From an uncultured Rikenella sp. (lineage in GTDB: Bacteria; Bacteroidota; Bacteroidia; Bacteroidales; VadinHA17), in assembly GCA_964627825.1 (NCBI GenBank), contig CAZVLJ010000005.1:2289-66288 (forward strand): a stretch of 64,000 bases of DNA. Reading direction: 5' to 3'. A program made the position numbers and the translations under genes. Positions within the stretch are counted from its first letter, which is position 1. Each line of letters opens with the position of its first letter. The notes under the pieces were generated by a model. That model ran no database searches and was not told the origin of the DNA. It saw nothing but the letters and a program-made list of their open reading frames with translations. Shown piece by piece: positions 1-9,500 of this stretch.

Positions 1-876
1 GACCTAGGCAAAAAAGCGAAGGAACTTGGTTACTGGGACGGGAAGGAGCCATTCAAATTCTACAAGGTTATCGACACTCGCAAACCCTATGACATCCGTG
101 ATTTCTTCGTGCTCAGCACCCTCGCCCCTGAGCTGAACCTGACGATGGAGATGGAGGAACTCCCCTTCTCGGTGAAACCGGAAAAAAAACTATCCGTAAG
201 CGATGTGATGGCTCTATTCCGTGAGACTTACGAGGGCACACCATATGACATGACGAAAAACCTGATGATTACTGTTAGGAAAAAGGATGAAGCCGGCAAT
301 GAGGTTACCGATACGGTAAAGTCACCCGCCTTCAACAACTGGATGAATAATGACATCCGCACTCTCATCAACGAGCTGAAGCCAGGCACCATCGAGAGGC
401 AGCGTACAATTGCAATCGCCGGTTGCTCATACTCGCACGTCATACAGTGCCGTTCATGGCTGCCTGACGAGGTTGGCGCCGTGGCATGGTTCTCATTTGA
501 CAATCCGGGCCAGAGCCCCCGCATCCCGATCTTCTCCGGCACCATGGCACTGCCGCAGAGCTTCCGCATCTGCGGTCAGCACCGCTATCGCGAAGACGCA
601 GCCATATGGTCGTTCCGCGAAGCCAACAGGCTCTCCACCGTGAACTGGGAACGCGGCCGAAAGCTGATTGAGCCTTCCGTGACCCACATGGAGCAGAAAG
701 CACTGGCCGAAATGCCTGCACTTGAGGAGAGAGTTAAAATAATGGTTAAGGAAGGCAGAAACGATGAGGCCAGGAAAGCGGTAACGGAATATACCAACGC
801 ATTTGCTCATGGCGCCATGAGCCGCTGGCAGGAAATGAAAGCAGAATTCTGGCAGATGTTCGGCAGGGGATTCTGA
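1..876 (+). CDS. C69-family dipeptidase, C-terminal part (5' end outside the window)
   Basis: Frame 1 is open from nt 1 (DLGKKAKELGYWDGKEPFKF...); the track ORF 109..876 starts at an internal GTG. The region ...RTIAIAGCSYSHVIQCRSWLPDEVGAVAWFSFDNPGQSPRIPIF... matches my recollection of bacteroidetal C69 (PepD-like) dipeptidases. Not verifiable without a search. Confidence 0.55.
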   Translation, partial: DLGKKAKELGYWDGKEPFKFYKVIDTRKPYDIRDFFVLSTLAPELNLTMEMEELPFSVKPEKKLSVSDVMALFRETYEGTPYDMTKNLMITVRKKDEAGNEVTDTVKSPAFNNWMNNDIRTLINELKPGTIERQRTIAIAGCSYSHVIQCRSWLPDEVGAVAWFSFDNPGQSPRIPIFSGTMALPQSFRICGQHRYREDAAIWSFREANRLSTVNWERGRKLIEPSVTHMEQKALAEMPALEERVKIMVKEGRNDEARKAVTEYTNAFAHGAMSRWQEMKAEFWQMFGRGF

Positions 877-943
877 TTTAATTGATACCGTAGGTGAACT
901 CTTCAGGGTCCCGCTTGTTAACGTTATACAATTCACAAGTAAG

Positions 944-2032
944 ATGGGGGAATCCATAGCATCTGTTCTGGAAAAGGCAAATCCTGACCGGTCAGACATA
1001 CTTGCCATGCTGCAGTGCAGCGAAGAGGAAGCTCCCCTGCTCTATCACAGAGCGGCAGCCGTCAGAGACCGCTATGTAGGGAACCATGTCTACCTTCGCG
1101 GACTGATTGAATTCTCGAATATCTGTGGTAAAAATTGCCTCTATTGCGGTGTCAGACGTGACAACATTAAGATTGAAAGGTACACCATGTCACAGGAGGA
1201 GGTGCTGGAAGCTGCAATGACTGCCTACAAACTCAATCTGGGTTCAATAGCCATACAGTCAGGAGAAAATTCATCAAACAATTTTGTTGAAACTGTTGAG
1301 GAACTGGTAAGGTCTATCCGGAAGATGACCGGCGGAAAGCTGGGTATCACTCTCTCTCTCGGCGAGCAGAGCAGGGAGACCTATCAAAGATGGTTTGACG
1401 CCGGCGCCCACCGCTACCTGCTAAGGATAGAGGCCTCCAGCGAGGCTCTCTACCGGAGGGTGCACCCTGATGATGACATGCACAGGTACCACAGGAGGCT
1501 TGAATGCCTGAAGGCAATACAGGAGACCGGTTACCAGACCGGGACCGGGGTGATGGTGGGATTGCCTTTCCAGACCATGAGTGACCTGGCGGATGATGTG
1601 ATCTTTATGCGTGATTTTGATATTGACATGTGCGGTATGGGGCCATTTATTGAGCACTCAGACACTCCGCTGGGATCAAGAGGTACGGACAACCTGTTCC
1701 TTAATGAACGTTTTAATCTGACTCTCAGGATGATAGCAATATTGAGGATCATCATGAAGGATATCAATATTGTAGCCTCCACAGCCATGCAGACCATTGA
1801 TCCTGCCGGTCGTGAGAAGGCGATTTCATGCGGTGCCAACGTGGTGATGCCCAACCTCACCCCTGCCAGGTACAGGTCAGGTTACCTGATCTACGAAGGC
1901 AAGCCCGGATATATGGAGGCGGATGAGTCCAATGTCAGCGGGCTGAACCTCGACCTGATTCCGGGAACAACCATAGAACCGGGCATATGGGGTGATACGC
2001 CCCACTACATCAGGCGGCGGACCGTGAGGTGA
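944..2032 (+). CDS. hydE: [FeFe]-hydrogenase H-cluster maturase HydE (radical SAM)
   Basis: 362 aa. N-proximal radical-SAM motif CGKNCLYCGVRRDN (CX3CX2C), biotin-synthase-like length and composition, and location beside hydG and [FeFe]-hydrogenase genes. Confidence 0.8.
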   Translation: MGESIASVLEKANPDRSDILAMLQCSEEEAPLLYHRAAAVRDRYVGNHVYLRGLIEFSNICGKNCLYCGVRRDNIKIERYTMSQEEVLEAAMTAYKLNLGSIAIQSGENSSNNFVETVEELVRSIRKMTGGKLGITLSLGEQSRETYQRWFDAGAHRYLLRIEASSEALYRRVHPDDDMHRYHRRLECLKAIQETGYQTGTGVMVGLPFQTMSDLADDVIFMRDFDIDMCGMGPFIEHSDTPLGSRGTDNLFLNERFNLTLRMIAILRIIMKDINIVASTAMQTIDPAGREKAISCGANVVMPNLTPARYRSGYLIYEGKPGYMEADESNVSGLNLDLIPGTTIEPGIWGDTPHYIRRRTVR

Positions 2033-2112
2033 TTATGCTGCAGAACAAGCAGCTGCCGTAACAACCAATCCTCTTTTTTCCGAAATTGCTCGATGTACAT
2101 AAACCTGATGTG

Positions 2113-4689
2113 ATGAAAAGAACGCTCCTTTCATCAGTGATCCTGCTGGCATCACTGATAAGTTTTGGTCAGACACACCCGACACTTGAATATTACATGC
2201 CTGCCGGCATCTCCTTTGACAGCAGCATCCCCTCGCCCGGCTCAATAGGTCATCAGGTCGGCGAATGGCATGTCACCCATGACAAGCTGGTGGGTTACAT
2301 GAAACAGCTAGATGCTGTCTCGGACAGAGCAAAATGGGAAGAGTATGGCAAGAGCTGGGAAGGAAGGCCACTGGGGCAGCTGATCATCACATCTGAAAAG
2401 AACATGGCCCGACTTGAGGAGATCCGGCTTGAGCATCTCAGTCTGTCTGATCCGGCCGTTTCAAGGAGTGTCAGTACGGCTGAGATGCCGCTGATCATCA
2501 AGCTTGGTTACGGAGTGCACGGCAACGAGTCGAGTGCACAGAACGCATCACTCCTTACAGCTTATTATCTTGTCGCGGGTCAGGGAACCAAAATTGATGG
2601 AATACTTGACAGATGCATAATTCTTGTTGACCCGGCACTCAATCCTGACGGACTGCAGCGTCACTCAACATGGGTCAATATGCACCGGGGAATGACTCTG
2701 TCCACCGATCCTTCAGGCCGTGAGTTCAACGAAGCGTGGCCCGGAGGCCGGACCAACCACTATTGGTTTGATCTTAACCGCGACTATCTCATGCTTCAGC
2801 ACCCCGAGAGCGTGGGGCGCGTGGGGGCCTTTCACCGCTGGATGCCCAACATCAACACTGACCATCATGAAATGGGCGCCAACTCCACATTCTTCTTCCA
2901 GCCCGGCGTACAGTCGCGCAACAACCCCGTGGTCCCACCGGACAACCAGATACTTACTGCTGAGATTGGCAGTTACCATGCAAGGTATCTTGACTCCATC
3001 GGCAGCCTTTACTATTCAGAGGAGAGCTTTGACGATTACTACCTCGGGAAGGGCTCTTCCTATCCGGATGTTCACGGGTCAGTTGGAATTCTCTTCGAGC
3101 AGGCCGGCACCAAAGGGCACCTGCGCGAGGTGCCGGGCGGAGTGCTTTCCTTTCCCTTTGCAATCAGGAACCAGTTCACCGTTTCACTCTCAACCATAGA
3201 GGCAGGGATAAACATGAGGATCAGACTGCTGGATATGCAGCGCGAGTTTTATCTCTCTGCTCTCAGGGAAGCTGCTGCTGCCCCTGTAAAGGGCTATCTC
3301 TTCAACGCCGGCACCGACCGTAGTGCCTGTGCTCATTTTATCGAGAATCTGCTGCGTCACAGGATAGAGGTATACAGGTGCAGCCGCCAGATCACCAAAG
3401 GAGGCGTCACCTACAGCCCCGGCGACAGTTATTTTGTTCCTGCCAGACAGAAGGAATATCGTTTCGTCAGAACCCTGTTCGAAACGGTAAAGACATTTTC
3501 GGACACCGTCTTTTATGATATCTCCACCTGGGTCATGCCGATGGCCTTCAACCTCAGCTACACCTCACTGGGCAGCACCGAGGCGGCCGGCATTGCAGGA
3601 GAAAGGGTGACGGCACCGCCTTTCCCTGCCGGAACAGTCAACAGCACGGAAACTGATTATGCATGGCTCTTCGAGTGGGGTGACACATATGCACCGAAGG
3701 CACTTTACATGATCCAGTCGGCCGGCCTGACCGCCAGAGTTGCAATGGCACCATTCACTGCAGTTACAAATGACGGGAAGGAAAAGTACTTCGGTTACGG
3801 TACTATCATGGTTCAGCGGGGAGAGAATCTGCTCACTTCCGCAAAGATCACCGCTACTCTCCGCAGGGTGGCAGCGGAGTGTGGCATAACTGTTCACGGC
3901 GTCATCTCCGGACTGACCACGGCAGGAATAGACCTTGGCAGCGGAGGTTTCACGGTCCTGAGCAGGCCGTCAGTGATGCTGGTTATTGAGGATGGTACAC
4001 CGGTGGATGATGCAGGCGAGATATGGCACCTTCTGGATGTGCGCTACGGCATGCCTGTCACTCTGGTCACTCCGTCAAGAATGGGGTCGGCCAATCTTAG
4101 CAAATACAACGTGATAATCATTGCCGGCAATCCGTCTATGTCACCCGTCGCGATTGAGGGTCTGCGCAACTGGTCCCGCTCGGGAGGAACCATTATAGGC
4201 TACCGTGGAGGCAACCGCTGGCTGGCGGCAAACGATTTTGCGGACATTAGTTACATTGAAGCCGCAGGAACTGATCCGGAAAAGGAGAGTATTTTCTCCG
4301 GGAGAAATGCAGCAAGGGCTATACAGTCAGTTCCGGGGACGATCTTCAGGGCAGAGGTTGATATCACTCATCCCATCTGTTACGGGTACACGCAGCAATA
4401 CCTGCCGGTATTCAAGACTGATGCATCGGCCGTGAAGATAACAGGAAGAAGCTATAACACTCCGGTTAAATACATATCTGACCCGTTGCTTAGCGGGTAC
4501 TGCTCAAAAGAGAATCTGCAGCGGATTGCCGGCAGCGCCGTTGTGGCTGTTCATCCAGGTGCGGGGAGGGTGATCTCGATCTATGACGACACCAACTTCA
4601 GGGCCATATGGTTCGGCACCTCGAAACTGTTCATGAATGCAGTATTTTTCGGCCAGACTCTGAGACCGGAAGGAAGGTACGGATATTAG
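2113..4689 (+). CDS. Secreted M14-family zinc carboxypeptidase-like protein
   Basis: HXXE zinc motif in YGVHGNESS, plus LNPDG and DLNRDY motifs typical of M14. Signal peptide MKRTLLSSVILLASLISFGQ begins at ATG 2113; the track ORF starts at TTG 2086. Confidence 0.65.
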   Translation: MKRTLLSSVILLASLISFGQTHPTLEYYMPAGISFDSSIPSPGSIGHQVGEWHVTHDKLVGYMKQLDAVSDRAKWEEYGKSWEGRPLGQLIITSEKNMARLEEIRLEHLSLSDPAVSRSVSTAEMPLIIKLGYGVHGNESSAQNASLLTAYYLVAGQGTKIDGILDRCIILVDPALNPDGLQRHSTWVNMHRGMTLSTDPSGREFNEAWPGGRTNHYWFDLNRDYLMLQHPESVGRVGAFHRWMPNINTDHHEMGANSTFFFQPGVQSRNNPVVPPDNQILTAEIGSYHARYLDSIGSLYYSEESFDDYYLGKGSSYPDVHGSVGILFEQAGTKGHLREVPGGVLSFPFAIRNQFTVSLSTIEAGINMRIRLLDMQREFYLSALREAAAAPVKGYLFNAGTDRSACAHFIENLLRHRIEVYRCSRQITKGGVTYSPGDSYFVPARQKEYRFVRTLFETVKTFSDTVFYDISTWVMPMAFNLSYTSLGSTEAAGIAGERVTAPPFPAGTVNSTETDYAWLFEWGDTYAPKALYMIQSAGLTARVAMAPFTAVTNDGKEKYFGYGTIMVQRGENLLTSAKITATLRRVAAECGITVHGVISGLTTAGIDLGSGGFTVLSRPSVMLVIEDGTPVDDAGEIWHLLDVRYGMPVTLVTPSRMGSANLSKYNVIIIAGNPSMSPVAIEGLRNWSRSGGTIIGYRGGNRWLAANDFADISYIEAAGTDPEKESIFSGRNAARAIQSVPGTIFRAEVDITHPICYGYTQQYLPVFKTDASAVKITGRSYNTPVKYISDPLLSGYCSKENLQRIAGSAVVAVHPGAGRVISIYDDTNFRAIWFGTSKLFMNAVFFGQTLRPEGRYGY

Positions 4690-4771
4690 AACTATCCCTC
4701 AGTGAAGTATAACAGAAAAATTCATTTCCCGTGGTCAGGCCGGAGAGTAGATACGGAGATTAGTATTTCTC

Positions 4772-5296
4772 TCAGGCAGGAAAGCAGATACTGCCAATGG
4801 CTATTTCCTCAGTCTCGCGCAGTGAACGTTCCAGGGAGGCATACTGGCTTCTGTCACCTGTCAGCTCCAGAATGATCAGTCCGGCCGGCTCACCGAAATA
4901 TATCTCATTGACGCCCAGCCTGGTGCGGATAACACACCCGTAAGTGGTCAGCAACGCCTGTACTGCCAGCCCCAGTTCATCACGTTTCGGCACCATGATA
5001 CCCAGTATTGTGATGCCTTCACACTCCACGGGAGCATCGGAGAAGCCGTGGGAGAATACCATTTCCTTAATGAACAGCCCCTCAATACTCTTCAGCTTTG
5101 CAACCAGATCCTCACAGTCGTCAGCCTGACCTGCAAGGTGGATAACCATGAAACCCTCACGGCTGCACAGTTCATCGTTCAGCTCGTGAAATCCAAGTCT
5201 TGTGCTGACCACGGCAGCATGTTCCGAGAGTGCTTTCTGGACCAGTCCTGCCTCCTTGATCCTGTCAGTGATCTTAATGCCTAATACTCTGACCAT
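4772..5296 (-). CDS. Tandem-duplicated TM1266-like putative iron-only hydrogenase system regulator (two ACT/NikR-C-like repeats)
   Basis: 174 aa. The two halves follow the same pattern: VLGIKITDR..AGLVQKALSEHAAVVSTRLGFHE...GFMVIHLAG..EDLVAKLKSIEGLFIKEMVF versus ITILGIMVPKR..LAVQALLTTYGCVIRTRLGVNE...GLIILELTG..ASLERSLRETEEIAIGSICF. It lies 11 nt downstream of hydG. Confidence 0.6.
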   Translation of the reverse strand: MVRVLGIKITDRIKEAGLVQKALSEHAAVVSTRLGFHELNDELCSREGFMVIHLAGQADDCEDLVAKLKSIEGLFIKEMVFSHGFSDAPVECEGITILGIMVPKRDELGLAVQALLTTYGCVIRTRLGVNEIYFGEPAGLIILELTGDRSQYASLERSLRETEEIAIGSICFPA

Positions 5297-5307
5297 GATA
5301 GTATGTT

Positions 5308-6729
5308 TTAATAGTAAAGGTCCCTCTCACCGTTCCTGATACGCTCAATCTTCTTCCTGATACTCTGCTTCATCCCCTCATCGAGGTCGACCATGTTCTT
5401 TTCAATAGCCTTCCATCCCTTCTCAGCAAGTTCAGGTGAGGCGTAATCAACGATATATTCCGAGAGCGTCAGTATGGCGTTGGGGGTACAGTATCTCTTG
5501 ATAAAGCCAGGCACAGAGAACTCCATGAAATGTTCGCCTGTGCGGCCGAGGCGGTAGCATGCAGTGCAGAATGACGGAATATAGTCGTTGTCTATCAGTT
5601 CATTGATGACATCGGCAAGTGACCTTTCATCATTGATCTTGAACTGCTCGCGGTTGAGGTTCTGCTCGGCATTCTTCGATGCGGAGTAACCGCCAAGTTC
5701 CAGTTTTGTTCCGCCGTCTATCTGTGAGACACCAAAGGCCATTGCTTCGGAGCGTACTGCCGGAGCCTCTCTGGCCGTCAGGATGAGTCCGGTATATGGC
5801 ACCGCAAGGCGAAGGATGGCAATCAGCTTCTTGAAATCGTCATCATTCACATAGTACTTCGGGTTCAGGTTCAGCGCCAGGGCGTCCTTAATCCTTGGGA
5901 AGGAAATTGTGTGCGGGCCAACATTATAGCAGGCCTCCAGGTGGTTGGTGTGCCTTACCAGACCCATCACCTCGAACCTCCAGTCATACAGACCGAAGAG
6001 AGCACCAATGCCTACATCATCAATACCTGCCTCCTGGGCCCTGTCGAGAGCTGTCAGCCTCCAGTTGTAGTCTTTCTTTTTACCTCCCAGGTGATACCAT
6101 GTGTAAGCTTCCGGGTCATAGGTCTCCTGGAAGATCTGGTAGGTGCCTATGCCGGCTCTGCCAACCGTGCGGAAACCGTCTATATCCAGCGGAGCAGCAT
6201 TGATGTTCACCCTGCGAATCTCACCACGGTCTTTCTTGATACCGTAGACGAGCTTCACCGTATGAGCTATGTATTCAGGACCATACTCGGGATGTTCACC
6301 ATAAACAAGTATCAGTCTCTTCTGCCCGTTGTCCTCCAGTGCCTCAACCTCTGCTGTTATGTCGGCATCGGAGAGGGTTTTGCGCCTGGCATCCTTATTC
6401 GTAACCCTGAAGCCGCAATACTGGCAGTTATTGACGCATTTGTTCCCTATGTAAAGAGGGGCAAAAAGCACTATCCTGTTGCCATAAACCTTCTTCTTCA
6501 GTTCGCGTGCTCCGGCTTTGATCTCCTCACCCAGGTCTCCTTCGGCATTGATCAGGGCTGCTGTCTCCGCAAGTGTAAGGCGCTCCTTTGAGAGCGATTT
6601 TGCTATCAGCTCCCTTACTCTCACCCTGTCAGCCCTGTTGTTATTGATAAATGACCACAGCTCGGCAGGATCAATGAACGGCTCCATCCGGCGGTCGGGA
6701 ATACTGCATTTTTCTGGATTGAATTTCAT
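5308..6729 (-). CDS. hydG: [FeFe]-hydrogenase H-cluster maturase HydG (radical SAM tyrosine lyase)
   Basis: 473 aa. Radical-SAM motif CVNNCQYCGF and the C-terminal auxiliary-cluster motif CTAC-X22-C (CTACYRLGRTGEHFMEFSVPGFIKRYC), which is characteristic of HydG. Confidence 0.9.
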   Translation of the reverse strand: MKFNPEKCSIPDRRMEPFIDPAELWSFINNNRADRVRVRELIAKSLSKERLTLAETAALINAEGDLGEEIKAGARELKKKVYGNRIVLFAPLYIGNKCVNNCQYCGFRVTNKDARRKTLSDADITAEVEALEDNGQKRLILVYGEHPEYGPEYIAHTVKLVYGIKKDRGEIRRVNINAAPLDIDGFRTVGRAGIGTYQIFQETYDPEAYTWYHLGGKKKDYNWRLTALDRAQEAGIDDVGIGALFGLYDWRFEVMGLVRHTNHLEACYNVGPHTISFPRIKDALALNLNPKYYVNDDDFKKLIAILRLAVPYTGLILTAREAPAVRSEAMAFGVSQIDGGTKLELGGYSASKNAEQNLNREQFKINDERSLADVINELIDNDYIPSFCTACYRLGRTGEHFMEFSVPGFIKRYCTPNAILTLSEYIVDYASPELAEKGWKAIEKNMVDLDEGMKQSIRKKIERIRNGERDLYY

Positions 6730-6806
6730 CTCGTTATTTTTTTCCCTCCTCCACTAAGAAATTAACACTCAATATACGGAAAATAGCCACCTGTGGTTCA
6801 GACATA

Positions 6807-7718
6807 TCAGAAGATAAGCTCCTCCATCTCCCCTGCCCCGGCAATAAGGGCTTTAGCCGGCTCAGCAAACATTCGGCTCGCATCCAGACGTTTATGAAAA
6901 AAGAGAGTCATTCTCTTGCCCGGGATATCACTCTCATAGTTCTCCAGGTGAAGGAAGAGGTCAGGCAACGGTGCCCCGTTGTCAGGGATAAACACCATAC
7001 CCCTTGAGTAGAATGTCTCTGCGGCGCATGATACAGCATACAGGCCTGGTGCAGGCAGGAGCTTGGTGACGTCAGTTACGGGAATGCGTATCATCGGCAC
7101 CTGCGGACTTATGGCCGGATCCTCCTTTACTGCTGTGCCGATGACAAGATAGAAATGGTCAAGATAGGCATTAGCGCGCTGGATGTATCCCTCTGTCAGC
7201 GCCTGCCTTATACGTGTAGAGCTGACGGTCTCATTCTGCACCTCCTGCATGGGTATCTCTTCGGCCTCAAAGCCGTATTTCTCCCTCCAGGCCCACAACG
7301 TACGATAGTCGCCCTGCTGGTTAAACCCGAAGTGATGATTATGACCCACAACTATCACCTTTGCCCCAAGGGTACCGCAGAGAATATCTCTCACGAACTC
7401 CTCGCTGGTGATCCGTGCAAAATGGCGTGTGAACTCAATAATGATGATATTGTCAAGCCCCGCCTTGCGCAGCAGTTCTATCTTCTCCTCCTGTGAACAG
7501 ATGAGCTTAAGTCCCTTGCCGGCCGTCTCGGGATAGAGGACCACCCTGGGATGAGGATGAAACGTTATTAGTACGCTCTCGCCGTTATGCTCGGAGGCAA
7601 GCTTTTTCAGCCTTTTAATGATTGTCCTGTGGCCAATGTGAACGCCGTCAAAAGTACCCGTGGTCACCACGGGAGCCTGTATTACTGATGCCTCCTGAAA
7701 GCTCCTGAAGATTCTCAT
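6807..7718 (-). CDS. ribF: RibF-like FAD synthetase with a divergent riboflavin-kinase domain
   Basis: N-terminal FMN adenylyltransferase motifs are intact: GTFDGVHIGH, ITFHPHPR, VVGHNHHFGF, VSSTRIRQAL. The C-terminal domain keeps the length and GLYAV but lacks the GFPTAN and NIGxRPT motifs. The start codon overlaps the rex stop (TAATG). Confidence 0.75.
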   Translation of the reverse strand: MRIFRSFQEASVIQAPVVTTGTFDGVHIGHRTIIKRLKKLASEHNGESVLITFHPHPRVVLYPETAGKGLKLICSQEEKIELLRKAGLDNIIIIEFTRHFARITSEEFVRDILCGTLGAKVIVVGHNHHFGFNQQGDYRTLWAWREKYGFEAEEIPMQEVQNETVSSTRIRQALTEGYIQRANAYLDHFYLVIGTAVKEDPAISPQVPMIRIPVTDVTKLLPAPGLYAVSCAAETFYSRGMVFIPDNGAPLPDLFLHLENYESDIPGKRMTLFFHKRLDASRMFAEPAKALIAGAGEMEELIF

Positions 7719-8353
7719 TACCCTGCAGGCTGCTGGTTTTCCTTAACGAAGTAGGCTACTTTCTCTATTGAGGTTATCATATCAAACTCCTCAAGGTATA
7801 CGGTATCAGGGACATTCAGCGGAACGGTTGTGAAGTTCATTATACCCCGTATTCCGTTACTTACCAGCAGTGATGCCACAGATACCGCCTGATCAGCGGG
7901 CACGGCCAGAACGGCAACAGAGATGTCAAGCTCCTCCCGCAGGCTCTTCAACTGGTTAATGTTATGGCATCGAACCCCGGCTACAACCTTATCAACTTTC
8001 TGGGGATCAATATCAAAGGCAGCCACCACATTCATGTTGGTACGTTTGCCCTTAAAGTAACCCGTGATAGCCCGTCCCAGGTTACCCATACCCATGATTG
8101 CCACATTCAGTCCGCTGGGTGCATCAATAATAGTTCCGATTGTTTTTATCAGTTCCCTTACGTCATACCCTTTACGCATCACGCTGCCGTAACCTATGAG
8201 CATAAGATCGCGTCTCACCTGTACGGCAGTGATATGCAGCATTGCTGCAAGCTCATGTGAGAACACATAGTTGCGATTGGCAGCCAGGGTAGCGGCAAGG
8301 GCTCTTCTGTACTGGCTTAGCCGTTCAACGGTCTTTCCTGGGAGTGTTTTCAT
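7718..8353 (-). CDS. rex: Redox-sensing transcriptional repressor Rex
   Basis: 211 aa. N-terminal winged-helix region (TVERLSQYRRAL...FSHELAAML..TAVQVRRDLMLIGY), Rossmann motif IMGMGNLGRAITGY, and AAFDIDPQKV, which is typical of Rex. Confidence 0.85.
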   Translation of the reverse strand: MKTLPGKTVERLSQYRRALAATLAANRNYVFSHELAAMLHITAVQVRRDLMLIGYGSVMRKGYDVRELIKTIGTIIDAPSGLNVAIMGMGNLGRAITGYFKGKRTNMNVVAAFDIDPQKVDKVVAGVRCHNINQLKSLREELDISVAVLAVPADQAVSVASLLVSNGIRGIMNFTTVPLNVPDTVYLEEFDMITSIEKVAYFVKENQQPAG

Positions 8354-9498
8354 ATTCCGGTCTTTAAATTGGAAACCTGTGATCTGGGTATTATCACTGT
8401 GAAGACTGATCCTTTGTCAGGGGCACTCTCCACATTAATCACACCATGATATAGATCGACAACCTTTTTGACTATTGAGAGACCCAGACCGCTGCCGCTG
8501 ATGTTACGTGTCTTGTCATTGCGTATCCGTGAGAACTCTTCAAAAAGCATTTCGCGCTCTTCACTGTTCATCCCTATACCTGTGTCAGCCACCGAAAGGG
8601 AGAACTCATCCTCATTGCAGTTGAGGGTTATCATTACCGTACCTCCGGGATTATTGTACTTGACGGCATTGGAAACGAGGTTATTCATGATTATCTCGAA
8701 ATCATTGGGATCTGCCCAGATGGTCTCACATCCATTGATCTCTGTAACAAACCGTATGTCCTTATGTATGGCATAGGGACTGACTGTCACCACAGCCATG
8801 GAGGCCAGCTCCCTGAGGTTAACGTTCTGCATCTTTTCCATCTGCCTCTCAAAACTCACCTTGGTGAAGTCGAGCAGGTCCATGATCAGGTGCCTCATGC
8901 TGTCAATGCGCTGAAGTGATCTCTCAATGGCAGAGGCATACTCGTCAAGTGAATCACCCATCTGTCTCTCCTGCATCATCTTGAGATATCCTTCCACTGC
9001 ATTCAGCGGGGCCTTCAGCTCGTGTGAGAGCACGGAGAGGAACTGGAACCGGACCTTCCTGCCCTCGACCTTTAGTTTGTGGGTTATCCTGCGCAGGTAT
9101 TGCTGCTTGGTGATCTGTTCTATGGAAGATTTCAGCTCCTGCGGCGTGAAGGGTTTGGGAATAAAGTCAATGGCCCCGTCACTGTGCGCTTTTACAGCGA
9201 CATCGATTGAAGCATATGATGTTATCATGGCCACCACAATGTCATAGTTCTTTTTCCTGACATATTCCAGTACCTCAACCCCCTGTATCCCGGGTAGCTT
9301 ATTGTCAAGAAGCAGGATATCAGGCATCTCCCGGTCAATTATCTCTATTCCCTCCTCGCCGGTCGCTGCCTCCAGTATCTGAAACGTATAATCCTCATCC
9401 ATAAAAGGATAGGTGACATGAAAATTGCCCAGTATCCTGGTTACGCCTGACCTGATACCGGGTTCATCATCTACAACCAGTATTTTCAGCTGTGCCAT
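8350..9498 (-). CDS. Hybrid response-regulator receiver / histidine kinase (REC-HisKA-HATPase)
   Basis: REC domain (LVVDDEPGIR...LLLDNKLPG...IPKPF), then H-box LSHELKAPLNAV and the ATPase boxes NAVKYN, DTGIGM, GSGLGLS. A 4-nt ATGA overlap with the rex start. Confidence 0.85.
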   Translation of the reverse strand: MAQLKILVVDDEPGIRSGVTRILGNFHVTYPFMDEDYTFQILEAATGEEGIEIIDREMPDILLLDNKLPGIQGVEVLEYVRKKNYDIVVAMITSYASIDVAVKAHSDGAIDFIPKPFTPQELKSSIEQITKQQYLRRITHKLKVEGRKVRFQFLSVLSHELKAPLNAVEGYLKMMQERQMGDSLDEYASAIERSLQRIDSMRHLIMDLLDFTKVSFERQMEKMQNVNLRELASMAVVTVSPYAIHKDIRFVTEINGCETIWADPNDFEIIMNNLVSNAVKYNNPGGTVMITLNCNEDEFSLSVADTGIGMNSEEREMLFEEFSRIRNDKTRNISGSGLGLSIVKKVVDLYHGVINVESAPDKGSVFTVIIPRSQVSNLKTGI

Positions 9499-9500
9499 TG

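Noticed and set aside
915-938. Two ideal Rex half-sites, TTGTTAA and TTCACAA, just upstream of hydE
   Set aside because: They are separated by 10 nt, not the 4 nt of the Rex operator, and alternative registers give poor second half-sites. I do not call this a Rex box, but it would be worth including if Rex binding is tested experimentally.
2033-2245. 70-aa minus-strand ORF across the hydE/M14 junction; likewise the 80-aa ORF at 48327..48569
   Set aside because: Both are short, overlap the starts of better-supported genes in another frame or on the other strand, and have no recognisable features.
5911-6591. 226-aa plus-strand ORF (and the overlapping 5895..6203 ORF) inside hydG
   Set aside because: Entirely antisense to a gene with unmistakable HydG motifs. 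The product is low-complexity with no recognisable motif. This is typical of spurious antisense ORFs in a GC-balanced, high-density region.
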